NCBI GenBank assembly: GCA_964523015.1
Contig: CAZFXN010000006.1
Coordinates: 21,211 to 67,684, forward strand
DNA: 46,474 nucleotides
Reading direction: 5' to 3'
Source: an uncultured Bdellovibrionales bacterium
GTDB taxonomy: Bacteria > Bdellovibrionota_C > UBA2361 > J135
Shown here: positions 8,380 to 18,951 of the stretch, in pieces
Layout: each line of letters starts with the position of its first letter
Position numbering within the stretch: the stretch's first letter is position 1
Notes under the pieces: model-generated
What the model was told of the DNA's origin: nothing
Database searches by the model: none
Seen by the model: only the letters and a program-made list of their open reading frames with translations
Made by a program: the position numbers and the translations under genes

Positions 8380-11300
8380 CTATAATTTACCCATAAATAC
8401 TTTGATATTTACCTCTTTTATCCCTTCAAAGCGGGCGAAAGATACCTCAGGAGTATCAGATTTTTGACCTTCAATCTCAATATATTTAACCCCTTTTTCT
8501 ACCTGTTCAGGGTTAATAACAGTAACCAGATATGTCACTTCAGCATGTCTAAAAGTGAAATCAAATTTATCCCATTTTTTTGGAATACAAGGGTTCACTG
8601 TAAAGTGATCGGCTTTTACCTTTAGTCCTACTATGTGCTCAATTCCAGCTACATAAAGCCAACCACATGATCCAGTATACCAACTCCAACCAGCTCGTCC
8701 CTCATGAGGTGGTTGAGAGTAGACATCCCCACACAGGACATACGGCTCACCTTTGTATTTATCTACACCTTTTGGATCACTAGTATGAGTTATCGGATTA
8801 AGCATGCTCCAAAGCTCCATAGCCTTATCTCCCTTACCGAGAAGTGCTGTTGCAATGACAACCCAACAAGCTGCATGAGTATACTGCCCACCATTTTCGC
8901 GAATACCTGGAAGATACCCTTTTATGTATCCTGGTTCTTGATCACTTGTATCAAAGGGAGGCGTTAGTAACTTAATAATTCTATTTTCATCATCGACAAG
9001 TCGATCAAAGACCGATTCCATAGCTTGTGCAGAGCGCGCCGGATCCCCTGCTCCAGACATTAAACTCCAACTTTGAGCAATCGAATCGATCTGACATTCG
9101 CTATTCTGTGCACTTCCTATTGGGGAACCATTATCAAAGTAGGCTCTTCGATACCATTCTCCATCCCAGCCGTGCTCTTCGATCGCGGATAACAGTTTAG
9201 TGGCATAATCAGAAAATTTCTGGGAACTTGCCTGATCGTTTCTTAATTCAGAGATCTGCGAGAACTTTCTTAAGTTGTCATACAAAAACCAACCCAACCA
9301 AACACTCTCGCCCTGTCCACCGGAACCAACCTCATTCATTCCATCGTTCCAATCACCAGCACCGATCAATGGTAATCCGTGTGATCCAAAAGTAAGTCCG
9401 TAATTAATGGCCCTAATACAGTGATTATAAATACTCTCTTTCTGATTAGAAGTATGCGGCACGATATATGATTCCATTTGATGCTTCTCTAGCGGAGCCG
9501 CATCTATAAAACCAACCTCTTCATCAAGAATCGAAGAATCTCCAGTCACTGAGATATACTTTTCAACAACATACGGTAACCAAAGATAATCATCAGAGAT
9601 CCTGGTTCTTACACCTCGACCAGTTGGTGGATGCCACCAATGCTGCACATCTCCCTCTAAAAACTGTCGAGCTGCAGCTCTTAAGATCTGTGCCCTAGTT
9701 AATGTTGGATCTAGGTAAAGTAAACTTAAGGTATCTTGCAATTGATCTCTAAAACCGTAAGCTCCACCACTCTGATATAGTCCGGACCGTCCCCAGATTC
9801 GACATGACAAGCACTGATAAATTAACCATCCATTCATCAAAATATCAAAGCTTCGATCCGGAGTATTAATAGTAATTCTTGAGGTAATTGAGCTCCAATA
9901 CTTATTAACTTGATCCAGTTCTTGAGCGTGAGCTACTGGAGATCTATATTTAACGGTTAGTTCACGGGCTTCTTCAAAATGGTAAGCTTCTCCCATAAAA
10001 AACGAGAGCTCTTTTTTCTGTCCAGGATTAAGTGTTAACGCAACTTTCAGCACAGCACACGATTCAAATCCGGCACCAGTTTTCTTTGACAACTGAACAA
10101 GCTTAGAAAACGATCCGATTCCAGCGATCGCTTTTATTGGGGAGACAGCTTGGGCAAGCGCGATTGGAGACTCAAATGAACCGTTCCGTCCGATAAACTC
10201 TAATCGACTAGTAGTATATGAATTAATTTCCGCACTAGATCCTAGATAAACTATCCGACCTGCAAATTCATTATTGTAGTAATTTATGGCAGTTAATATT
10301 TTAGCCCGCTGATCGAACCCTGTGTTAATAAAGGGAGCTGTTTGGTGTCTATTGATACCTAGCACCCAATCAACATATAGATAGAGCTCCAGTCGCTTTG
10401 GCTTGCTATCGTTGTTTTGTAAATTTAAATTCCAAAATTTTACTCGATCTTCAATTGAGCCAGAGACACAAAGGTGACTCTGGAGATTCTGATGCTCTGT
10501 CTTAAAAATAGAAGATCCAAAGTTATGTTCAACCTCAAACTCCTGATCCATAGAAGATGGCAATGGAGTTGCTGACCAATAATCACCAGTTAATCCATCA
10601 CGGATATAGATCGCTTCAGTTGGCGAATCAGATACTGGATCATTTGACCATCCACTAAGTCGATTCTCACGACTATTTTCAGACCAGGTAAAGCCTCCAC
10701 CAGTTTCACTAACTAAGAATCCAAAATTAGGATTAGCAATGACATTTATCCATGGCAGAGGAGTTAGTCGCGGGGTAAGACCTTGCTTCGAGAGCTTTAT
10801 GTAATATGACTTTCCTTTAGATGTGAATCCTCCATATCCATTAAAAAACTCACTCACTACAGCTGGAGCGGAGATAGGTCTTTCTTTAGTTATGCGAGCA
10901 GGATTATCAAAACGTTGATCCTTAAAGATATTATCTAGAAACCCTTTTTTATCATCTGAACTAAATTCATTATCCTCAAACACTGAGAGTTGTCGTGCCA
11001 AGGAACCTCTCTCCGCTATAAAAACTATACGTGCTGTGGCCATTAAAAGCGTTCTCTCTTCAGAAGAGAGTTGATGCATGGTTCGAACAAAAATCCCGCC
11101 CCTTTTATCAAGATGTCCTGCAGCATATCCCGATCTTACTACCTGATCTAATGCATCTTGAAAGTTCTGAATGTATCCTTCTGTATATTCGTTAAGAATA
11201 ATTAGATCAAAATCGATACGACGATGTTTTAGATATTGATGAGCTAAAATTAGCTCACTGACCTGCTTTAATTGTGTCTCGTCATTAACTTTGAGGACGA

Positions 11301-14300
11301 TAATTGGAAGATCTCCAGAAATTCCAAATCTCCAAAAACCACTCTGAGTTAATCTGTTCTGAGCAATCAGATTACTTGGACCTCTAAGAGTATCAACCTG
11401 AAAAAACAAGGCATTAGCTATTCTTTGAAAAATATGGCTCTGGGTGACGGAAATCTGCTCATGACGTAATTCAACGTTACTCTTACTCCAGGCCATTTCA
11501 AAAGCTCGGTTGACCGAGTGTGGGTCATGATATAATTGACCTATAAATAAAGCTTCTCCTCTATTTTTAGCTACTGCTGTGATAAAAGAGAGAGACTCTG
11601 AAGTGCCTGGCTCTATCTCAACCTTAACTCTTAGTGAGAAGATCGGATCAATGACTGGGCCAACTGTCCCAGTCAAATTACTGTTGTCATTAAAAACCTG
11701 AGGGTGATAGACATTAGATCCGCGCCCAATGAATTTCTCTCGACTTGTTTCATACTGTGTTTTTCCCCAAACCACATTCATTGCAATCATATGCAACAAA
11801 AATAACCCCTCCTCATGAGCAGATCTTGGTCGTCTAGAAAAAAGTAGCCCATCAATGTCACTGATAAACTCGCTTTGAATAAACATCTTATTAAATGCAG
11901 GATGAGAGATATCAGCGGCATTTGATCCAAGCGCTACTTCAGCAAAACTTGTGAATTCTAGAATTCTAGGCTGCAAGGAGAAATTAGTGATTGTGATCCG
12001 TCTAACCTCGACATCATCCTCTGGTGAAACTGTAATCTCAGTATGTAGTCCGATACCATAGTCGCGTCGTTTGTATTCTACTTTATCTGGACTAAATATT
12101 ACCTCATAAGCATCGGGTTCAACCTTAGTAGGCATATATGTTGTCGACCAAGTTTTATTACTTTCCAGATCACGAACATAGAAGTACGTGCCATAGCTGT
12201 TCGTTAGAGGATCCTCACGCCATCGAGTTAAAGAGGTGTCCCCTTTAAATCTACTAAAACCACTCCCAGCATTATCCAACATCACAGTATAGTTATCATT
12301 TGAGAGCACCCGCGTTCTTGGTACCTGGGTATGTGGAGTGAAGATAATCTCTCCAACTGTAGTTTTCCTAAGAGCCTCTTGCCTCTCAAGAAATGAGAGC
12401 TCTGCTTGATGAGGAATAAGGACTGTTACATTTTGTGGTACTCGCTCTTGCAATAATAGTTCGCTAGAGCGAATCAGCGGATCTCTATGAAACCTCTCCT
12501 GCATAATGCCATTGTTTAAGACATTATTGAGAGAGATTAATGTCATCCCCTGGTGATGAGCCAGGTAAGACTTTACTATATGATAATCCTCATCATCGCT
12601 AAGTCGATCTGGGGTATAATCAACAGACTCGTAAAAGCCTAGATCCCCTCTTAATCCAACTTTTTCTAATGCTGCTACATTTTGAATTGAATCAGAGGAA
12701 TTAACCATCATTGCCAAAAAAGTTGAATATGGCGAGACGACGATGTCGTCAGATAATCCTCTTTTTAATCCTAATCCTGGGACACCAAATGCTCGATACT
12801 GATAAGTTTGCTCAAAGTCAACACCACAGTATCCCGACTCAGACATACCCCACGGCACTTTTCGTTTAATTCCATAATTTTTCTGTGCACGAATAATAGA
12901 TCTGTAAGTGGCATGGAGTATTGTCTTTGGAAAATCCTTCATCACTAACAGTGGCATCAAGTACTCAAACATAGTACCGGTCCATGATAGAAGTGCTCGA
13001 CCACCTGATGTGTCTGTTAATCCTCGGCCAAGAGAAAACCAATGTTCCTGCGGTACAGATTTTGTTGCAATCGCGACTAAAGATGCGAGTCGTGCTTCAG
13101 ATGCTAGAAGATCGTAATGATTATTATCAAAACGTGCATCATCAACCCTAAAACCGATATAGAAAAGCTTCTTTTTCTTATCATATAGGAAATTAAAGTC
13201 TGCTTCATTTATAAATTTATCACAGTAATTGATAAGCTTGTCGTACTTCTTTTTATTTTGTGGATCGTCAATTGAGAATTCAATTAATGCATTCTTAAGA
13301 GAGATAAGATGTCCAACAAAATTACCACTATCTACTGTTGAGATATAGCGAGGACTAAGTGGCTGTTTAGTTCTTGTTTCATACCAATTGTAGAAATGTC
13401 CGTTATATCGCTCCAAAGTGTTTAAGCTATCAATTGTTTTCTGTAATCTATCAAGCATCTCTGATTTATCTATAAACTTCAGATCTACTGCAGTTACTAA
13501 ACTGAGGATCGATAAACTGATGTTAGTTGGTGAAGTTCGATGAGCAACAGTTTTTCTCGGAAACAATTGAACATTATCTGGCACTAGATAATTATTCTCT
13601 TCGTTCATATAGACAGAGAAGTATTCCCATGTATCTCTAGCTATCTCAACTAAGTCTTCCCTCTCTTTCTGGCTTATTTCATACTTATAATCCTGAGTCG
13701 GTCTTCCGGTAAAAAAAGCAAAAGCTGGAGCAAAAAGCCAAAGTGCAAGATAAGGACTCGCTCCAACTAATATTTTTAAATCTATATTAGCAATGAAGAT
13801 ACTTCCTAGTATCACCAAGACAGTTCCAGGCAACATTTCAAAGAGATAACTTGTAAATTTACTTCCAAGCCGTTGTTCAGCTTGATGAGCAGTCTCCCAT
13901 TCAAGTAAATACTTCTTAGAAATAAAAACTCGATAAAGAGTAATTAAAATTGCATGAATCATTAAGTAAGCTTGGTGCGGGAGAAATATAAAATTAAGAA
14001 CTGCTTGTACCAGATTACTAAAAAGATCTTTTCCTAAACCGGCAATAAAACTTCCGCGCAAAAGTCCAAGTGGTTCAAAGATAAAAGTGTTAATCAGTTG
14101 GGCAAACACAGGAAATGCAATGAACGCTAGAATTGTAAGTGTTGATACCAAGATAGAATCAGGTGCCACACTCCAGGTTAGGAGAAGAAAAAGGAAACTT
14201 GCTGGGGCGATTAAACTTCGGCGAAGATTATCAAGCAATTTCCATTGACCAAGCAAAGAGATCGGTGATTGGTAACGTTCTCCTTTTGCATTTGGTATCT

Positions 14301-16746
14301 TATTAAATATCCATGGAAGCAGTTGCCAATCTCCTCTAACCCATCGATGAAGTCTCTTAGCATAAACTGTGTACCGAGAAGGAAATTCGTCAATCAACTC
14401 GATGTCGACTGCCAATCCAGCACGAGCAAATAATCCCTCAAATAGATCGTGGCTAAGTAAGGCATTCTCAGGGACTCTATTATGAAGGGCTCTCTCAAAA
14501 GCTTTTACATCGTAAATAGCTTTTCCAATAAATGACCCTTCTTTAAAAAGATCTTGATAGACGTCAGACACTGCGGTTGTATATGGATCTAAACCGGCAT
14601 GTCCAGCAAATACCCGTGAGAATAATGATACGATTGAACTTGTTAGAGAGACCCCAATTCGTGGCTGTATAATTCCGTATCCCTCGACAACTATGTTTTT
14701 TTCATCATCAAAGTAAGCTTGATTTAATGGATGAGAGATCGTTCCGATCAATTTTATCGCACTATCTCGTGGTAAATGAGTATCAGCATCAAGAGTTATT
14801 ACATAACGGGTCTTTTTTAATAGCTCAAGGTCACCAACGACCACCTCCATATTGTGTGAGTCATCTCCTAAGATTAACCTATTAAATTCCTCTAATTTAC
14901 CGCGTTTTCTTTCCCAACATAAAAATTCACCTTCAGAAGGGTTCCAGATCCTCTTTCGAGTAATTAAGAAAAATCTCTTCGGCTTATTGGTGCAATATTT
15001 ACTATTTAGAACAGAGATCTTCTGGGCAGCATACTCAATTAACTCTCTATCTTCAGGTTCTGTTTCATTTTTCCCTTCGATTAAATCGCCTAACAGCGCA
15101 AACGAAATGTTAGGATCATAGTTTGCTATAAATCTAACTTCTAAGAAATCTACTCCGTTATCTATAACCTCCCGATCTCTAAGAATAGAATTAACCGCCA
15201 CCGTAGATCTACTTTCATCCGGCACTCCGAATTCATAATCCATCTTTGGTAGGACTCGTGGTGACGTGACCAGAGTAACTGCCCAGTTTACAATGTTAAG
15301 AGCAAAAGAGCTGGCTGGGAAAATAAAAAGAAGTGAGAGTATTAGTGCTACAAAAAAAGGAACACCTAAATTTAAGATAAATAGATAAGCTACTAAAGTT
15401 GAGAGCAAAGTTAGAGCACCTAGGCTTAAAAGATAAAACTCTAGTGGCCGCTTATCAAATATATATCCACTAATTTTTTCCCCAATCCCCTTTTGCCTTC
15501 CTAAGGTCTTATCTAAAACTTCTTTTCCTTTATCTAAGAGATAATACCCAACATGATAGAGCTTTACTTTGGCTTCAGCAGTTTCAGCTGCTGTTGTTTT
15601 AGCTTCGATAGCGATTTTTAAAACATGCTCTGCAATATCAATCTCAGTTTTCTTAAGTATCCTTGAGTATCCTTCGATTACTGAACGACAAGAATTCCTA
15701 GTTTTAAAATCAGATTTTGAAAATATCTGTGCCGGATCTCGCCTGAGAACTGCATCCACTTTACTGTTTTGCTCAAACCAATCTGGCCAGCTCATGCTCA
15801 AGATTGATTTTAGAGAGCTAAAGGAATTCCCAATCGATATCTGATTTGCTGCTTGACCATACTGCTCAGTTCGAATTATTTCATCCGCTGGTTGTAAGTT
15901 CTCAGCTAACCATTCTTCAAACCACCTCAGCGCTAACCCTCCTTTAGGTCCAGCAAGTCGCATACGTCGAACAAGGTGAGCAGCATAAGAGGGAAAAACT
16001 TCAGTAAATGTCTTAACTGTACTAGCTAAATCCAAAAGCAGATCAGTTGGATCTTTCTTTTCATTATCGAGAATCTTTCTACATAACTCTTCAGCCTCAT
16101 TTTCAGACTCTTTGGCATGAAGAGCTGTCAGGGCTAATCTTCTTAAATTCTCAAGAAGCGCAATTCGCAGCATAATTGGAAAAGCCCAGAGCTCTCCAAT
16201 TGTAAGAACCTGTATCGATTGATATGAGCCAATAAACCCACTTAGAAGTTCAGCATCAATCACAGCATCAGTATGTGAGGTTATCTCAAGGGCCAACCCA
16301 TATACTCTAGGTAGATCAACATACTCACCATCAATTAGTTTAGGGAGTGATCCATAATATCCTTTAGGCAAATGGTCGCGGATCTCTTTAACGTTTTGCT
16401 CAATAACGTGGTAATTATCTAAAAGCCACTCTCCACCAGGCGTTATTAATTCCCCCTCTTTTGAAGCACTAGCAAGGAGATAATAAGTTCTCTCTAAAAT
16501 TTTGAAGTTCTCTTCAAAACGATTCCGAATTCTACGCCAACCCTTAGCAGATCTTGTTACTCGATGCTCACTTGCCAAGCTTTGAGCGAGTTTGATCAGT
16601 CCATCCCGAGTTAAAATCTCAGCGCGAAGTGGTTTATCTACGGTAGATTGTGTTCGTCCAACCTGAACAACTCTAAGAACATCACCTGCTCTCGGTTTTT
16701 TTTTAATTTGGTTAACTTGATCACGACGGGTGGAAAAATTTATCAT
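8380..16746 (-). CDS. cgs: Cyclic beta-1,2-glucan synthase (Cgs/NdvB type). It has a family-84 GT-A glycosyltransferase domain, a multi-helix membrane region and a C-terminal GH94 glucan-phosphorylase-like domain.
   Basis: 2788 aa, comparable to Brucella Cgs at about 2.8 kaa. The GT-A DxD region is VITLDADTHLPRDSAIKLIGTISHPLNQ. Several hydrophobic helices follow. The C-terminal roughly 1000 aa shows GH94 features (cellobiose/chitobiose phosphorylase-like, ...GDWNDGMN..., WFLYDNL). Confidence 0.9.
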   Translation of the reverse strand: MINFSTRRDQVNQIKKKPRAGDVLRVVQVGRTQSTVDKPLRAEILTRDGLIKLAQSLASEHRVTRSAKGWRRIRNRFEENFKILERTYYLLASASKEGELITPGGEWLLDNYHVIEQNVKEIRDHLPKGYYGSLPKLIDGEYVDLPRVYGLALEITSHTDAVIDAELLSGFIGSYQSIQVLTIGELWAFPIMLRIALLENLRRLALTALHAKESENEAEELCRKILDNEKKDPTDLLLDLASTVKTFTEVFPSYAAHLVRRMRLAGPKGGLALRWFEEWLAENLQPADEIIRTEQYGQAANQISIGNSFSSLKSILSMSWPDWFEQNSKVDAVLRRDPAQIFSKSDFKTRNSCRSVIEGYSRILKKTEIDIAEHVLKIAIEAKTTAAETAEAKVKLYHVGYYLLDKGKEVLDKTLGRQKGIGEKISGYIFDKRPLEFYLLSLGALTLLSTLVAYLFILNLGVPFFVALILSLLFIFPASSFALNIVNWAVTLVTSPRVLPKMDYEFGVPDESRSTVAVNSILRDREVIDNGVDFLEVRFIANYDPNISFALLGDLIEGKNETEPEDRELIEYAAQKISVLNSKYCTNKPKRFFLITRKRIWNPSEGEFLCWERKRGKLEEFNRLILGDDSHNMEVVVGDLELLKKTRYVITLDADTHLPRDSAIKLIGTISHPLNQAYFDDEKNIVVEGYGIIQPRIGVSLTSSIVSLFSRVFAGHAGLDPYTTAVSDVYQDLFKEGSFIGKAIYDVKAFERALHNRVPENALLSHDLFEGLFARAGLAVDIELIDEFPSRYTVYAKRLHRWVRGDWQLLPWIFNKIPNAKGERYQSPISLLGQWKLLDNLRRSLIAPASFLFLLLTWSVAPDSILVSTLTILAFIAFPVFAQLINTFIFEPLGLLRGSFIAGLGKDLFSNLVQAVLNFIFLPHQAYLMIHAILITLYRVFISKKYLLEWETAHQAEQRLGSKFTSYLFEMLPGTVLVILGSIFIANIDLKILVGASPYLALWLFAPAFAFFTGRPTQDYKYEISQKEREDLVEIARDTWEYFSVYMNEENNYLVPDNVQLFPRKTVAHRTSPTNISLSILSLVTAVDLKFIDKSEMLDRLQKTIDSLNTLERYNGHFYNWYETRTKQPLSPRYISTVDSGNFVGHLISLKNALIEFSIDDPQNKKKYDKLINYCDKFINEADFNFLYDKKKKLFYIGFRVDDARFDNNHYDLLASEARLASLVAIATKSVPQEHWFSLGRGLTDTSGGRALLSWTGTMFEYLMPLLVMKDFPKTILHATYRSIIRAQKNYGIKRKVPWGMSESGYCGVDFEQTYQYRAFGVPGLGLKRGLSDDIVVSPYSTFLAMMVNSSDSIQNVAALEKVGLRGDLGFYESVDYTPDRLSDDEDYHIVKSYLAHHQGMTLISLNNVLNNGIMQERFHRDPLIRSSELLLQERVPQNVTVLIPHQAELSFLERQEALRKTTVGEIIFTPHTQVPRTRVLSNDNYTVMLDNAGSGFSRFKGDTSLTRWREDPLTNSYGTYFYVRDLESNKTWSTTYMPTKVEPDAYEVIFSPDKVEYKRRDYGIGLHTEITVSPEDDVEVRRITITNFSLQPRILEFTSFAEVALGSNAADISHPAFNKMFIQSEFISDIDGLLFSRRPRSAHEEGLFLLHMIAMNVVWGKTQYETSREKFIGRGSNVYHPQVFNDNSNLTGTVGPVIDPIFSLRVKVEIEPGTSESLSFITAVAKNRGEALFIGQLYHDPHSVNRAFEMAWSKSNVELRHEQISVTQSHIFQRIANALFFQVDTLRGPSNLIAQNRLTQSGFWRFGISGDLPIIVLKVNDETQLKQVSELILAHQYLKHRRIDFDLIILNEYTEGYIQNFQDALDQVVRSGYAAGHLDKRGGIFVRTMHQLSSEERTLLMATARIVFIAERGSLARQLSVFEDNEFSSDDKKGFLDNIFKDQRFDNPARITKERPISAPAVVSEFFNGYGGFTSKGKSYYIKLSKQGLTPRLTPLPWINVIANPNFGFLVSETGGGFTWSENSRENRLSGWSNDPVSDSPTEAIYIRDGLTGDYWSATPLPSSMDQEFEVEHNFGSSIFKTEHQNLQSHLCVSGSIEDRVKFWNLNLQNNDSKPKRLELYLYVDWVLGINRHQTAPFINTGFDQRAKILTAINYYNNEFAGRIVYLGSSAEINSYTTSRLEFIGRNGSFESPIALAQAVSPIKAIAGIGSFSKLVQLSKKTGAGFESCAVLKVALTLNPGQKKELSFFMGEAYHFEEARELTVKYRSPVAHAQELDQVNKYWSSITSRITINTPDRSFDILMNGWLIYQCLSCRIWGRSGLYQSGGAYGFRDQLQDTLSLLYLDPTLTRAQILRAAARQFLEGDVQHWWHPPTGRGVRTRISDDYLWLPYVVEKYISVTGDSSILDEEVGFIDAAPLEKHQMESYIVPHTSNQKESIYNHCIRAINYGLTFGSHGLPLIGAGDWNDGMNEVGSGGQGESVWLGWFLYDNLRKFSQISELRNDQASSQKFSDYATKLLSAIEEHGWDGEWYRRAYFDNGSPIGSAQNSECQIDSIAQSWSLMSGAGDPARSAQAMESVFDRLVDDENRIIKLLTPPFDTSDQEPGYIKGYLPGIRENGGQYTHAACWVVIATALLGKGDKAMELWSMLNPITHTSDPKGVDKYKGEPYVLCGDVYSQPPHEGRAGWSWYTGSCGWLYVAGIEHIVGLKVKADHFTVNPCIPKKWDKFDFTFRHAEVTYLVTVINPEQVEKGVKYIEIEGQKSDTPEVSFARFEGIKEVNIKVFMGKL

Positions 16747-16832
16747 GTAATGCTTATTATTTTTTCTAGGAATAAAACGTTGAAGTATGAACGAGGACTA
16801 TTTATATTTGAATATATGAGGTATGGTGCCTT

Positions 16833-18344
16833 ATGGCAAAGATATTATCAGGACCGCTAAAATTAAGAAATATCACAGATCAGGACTATCCTGCACTACT
16901 AAAACTGAACGGACTATGCAGACCAAATGGCACTTATTGGCGAGAAGAGCAATTTTTAGAACAACTAAAGATCTTTTCAAAAGGCCAACTATGCATTGAG
17001 TATCAAGGGGAGATTGTTGTCGCCTCTAATAGCCTTTTGGTAAAATACGATCACTATACGGATTGGAATAATGCAAAATTAGTTTCTGATAATGGCTATA
17101 TTAGGAATCACGATCCAAAAGGTGATACCCTTTGCTGTATCGATCTGATGGTAGCCCCGAAACTATCAGATCTAAGTCTTGAAAAGCGTATTTATAAATC
17201 ACTAAAAAAACTAGCCACAGTTCTTAATGTAAAAAAAATTATCATCGCTGGACCTACCCCTGGCCATCAAAAAAATGCATCTGACTTGAGTGAAGAGGAA
17301 TACCTAAAGCAAGTTTCAAAAAAGAAAATCGAAGACCCCATCGCTAAGATTCAGTTCTCCTCCGGATTCTCGATAACAAAGCCTCACTATTTAGCAGATA
17401 AAAGAGGAGGTCGGGTTTGGCTTGAATGGACCAACTCTGATTATGAAGAGGATTACGATGAGTTCATGAGTGAGCCAACTCAGGTTAGAATCTGTGTCGT
17501 TCAGTACAAGATGAGAAAGATCTCTTCATTTGAGGAATTTGTTACTCAGTGTGAATTCTTTGTCGATACAGCAGCCGATTATAAATCTGATTTTGTTCTC
17601 TTTCCTGAGCTTTTTACAACCCAGCTTTTATCTTTAATTGAACCTGTAGATTCTCAGTTAGCTGCAAAAAAGTTAGCTGAGTATACCCCTAGATATAAAG
17701 AGATGTTCACCCAGATGGCTCTGAAGCATGACGTTAACATCATTGGCGGCTCTCAGTTTGAGATTGTAGGGGATCATCTTTATAACATTGCATACTTATT
17801 CCGTAGAAATGGGACAATTGACCAGCAATACAAGATTCATGTAACACCAAATGAACGTCGCTGGTGGGGAGTATCTCCAGGTAACAAAGTAGAAGTATTT
17901 GAAACTGACCGAGGTAAAATTGCGATTGCTATCTGTTATGATATTGAGTTTCCTGAATTAGTCAGAGTAGCCGTTGCAAAAGGTGCCAATATTATATTTG
18001 TACCTTTTAACACTGATGAGCGATACGGGTACCTAAGAGTTCGTAACTGCGCTATGGCTAGAGCAATAGAAAACCAGATATACGTAGCTATCTCAGGATG
18101 CACAGGAAATCTGCCACAGGTAGAAAATACTGGAATTCACTATGCTCAATCTGGAATATTTACCCCATGTGACTTTCCTTTTGCCCGAGATGGAATAGCT
18201 TCAGAGACTAATCCGAACACTGAGACTCTCATTATTCACGATGTTGAGTTAGACCTGCTGCACAAGTCAAGACTTGCAGGCACTACTCAAAATTGGAATG
18301 ATCGAAGGACAGATTTGTTTGAAGTCGTATATAAAGGCACTTAG
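16833..18344 (+). CDS. Bifunctional protein: N-terminal GNAT-like acetyltransferase domain and C-terminal carbon-nitrogen hydrolase (nitrilase superfamily) domain.
   Basis: 503 aa. The C-terminal half carries the CN-hydrolase E-K-C triad context: VLFPELF (Glu), and IAIAICYDIEFPE (Cys) ...GANIIFVPFN. The N-terminal roughly 200 aa has a GNAT-like size and pattern. It is transcribed divergently from cgs, 86 bp away. Confidence 0.75.
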   Translation: MAKILSGPLKLRNITDQDYPALLKLNGLCRPNGTYWREEQFLEQLKIFSKGQLCIEYQGEIVVASNSLLVKYDHYTDWNNAKLVSDNGYIRNHDPKGDTLCCIDLMVAPKLSDLSLEKRIYKSLKKLATVLNVKKIIIAGPTPGHQKNASDLSEEEYLKQVSKKKIEDPIAKIQFSSGFSITKPHYLADKRGGRVWLEWTNSDYEEDYDEFMSEPTQVRICVVQYKMRKISSFEEFVTQCEFFVDTAADYKSDFVLFPELFTTQLLSLIEPVDSQLAAKKLAEYTPRYKEMFTQMALKHDVNIIGGSQFEIVGDHLYNIAYLFRRNGTIDQQYKIHVTPNERRWWGVSPGNKVEVFETDRGKIAIAICYDIEFPELVRVAVAKGANIIFVPFNTDERYGYLRVRNCAMARAIENQIYVAISGCTGNLPQVENTGIHYAQSGIFTPCDFPFARDGIASETNPNTETLIIHDVELDLLHKSRLAGTTQNWNDRRTDLFEVVYKGT

Positions 18345-18511
18345 GTGTCGAACTATTAGTGGTTTCTAGTAATTTTTACTCTCTCATTGTCAACTACTTA
18401 GTTAAACAAATCAGTTAGTTACATACCTTAAATGAGATTAAAAGCTCACCTACTCCTCCATCTACTCCTCCCTCTACTCCTCCCATAACCGAAGAAAAAA
18501 AACTCGAGATC

Positions 18512-18742
18512 GTGCCATACAAGCAAGGGAATCTTCAGCGATCCCTTGGCAACGCGATCCTCATCCTCGAACTGAGGCTCGACATCTCAAATTCGATGGA
18601 CAGTCTCCTGCCTGCGCTCGTTCTTCACAGAAATGAGCTCCTGGCTGAACTCAGGCAGAACTGGGAAGCAGCAGGTGGCAAGAGAGGAAACATCTTCGTT
18701 AAGGAGGTGGTGCATGCTTCTAGGCGACTAACACCCGCTTAG
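18512..18742 (+). CDS. Hypothetical small protein in GC-rich island B.
   Basis: 76 aa, starting at GTG. It has a C-ending codon bias (atc ctc gac aac ttc). The frame stays open upstream through a (P/S)T-rich tract. Coding status is uncertain. Confidence 0.2.
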   Translation: MPYKQGNLQRSLGNAILILELRLDISNSMDSLLPALVLHRNELLAELRQNWEAAGGKRGNIFVKEVVHASRRLTPA

Positions 18743-18951
18743 GAGCTACGCCGTGCCCTACTTTTCTCACTGAAACCTACACCAACTTTTTTTACTTGGT
18801 TACATTAAAAGGAATTTTTCGGTGATGAGCTTCAGTGATGGACTACACAGCTCAGTACGATTGTATCTGTCTTAAATGCTGGATTGAAATATAATGATCT
18901 TGTGTATTAAATGAGGATCCAGCTGAAACAAAAAGTGAGTAAACTTAATAC

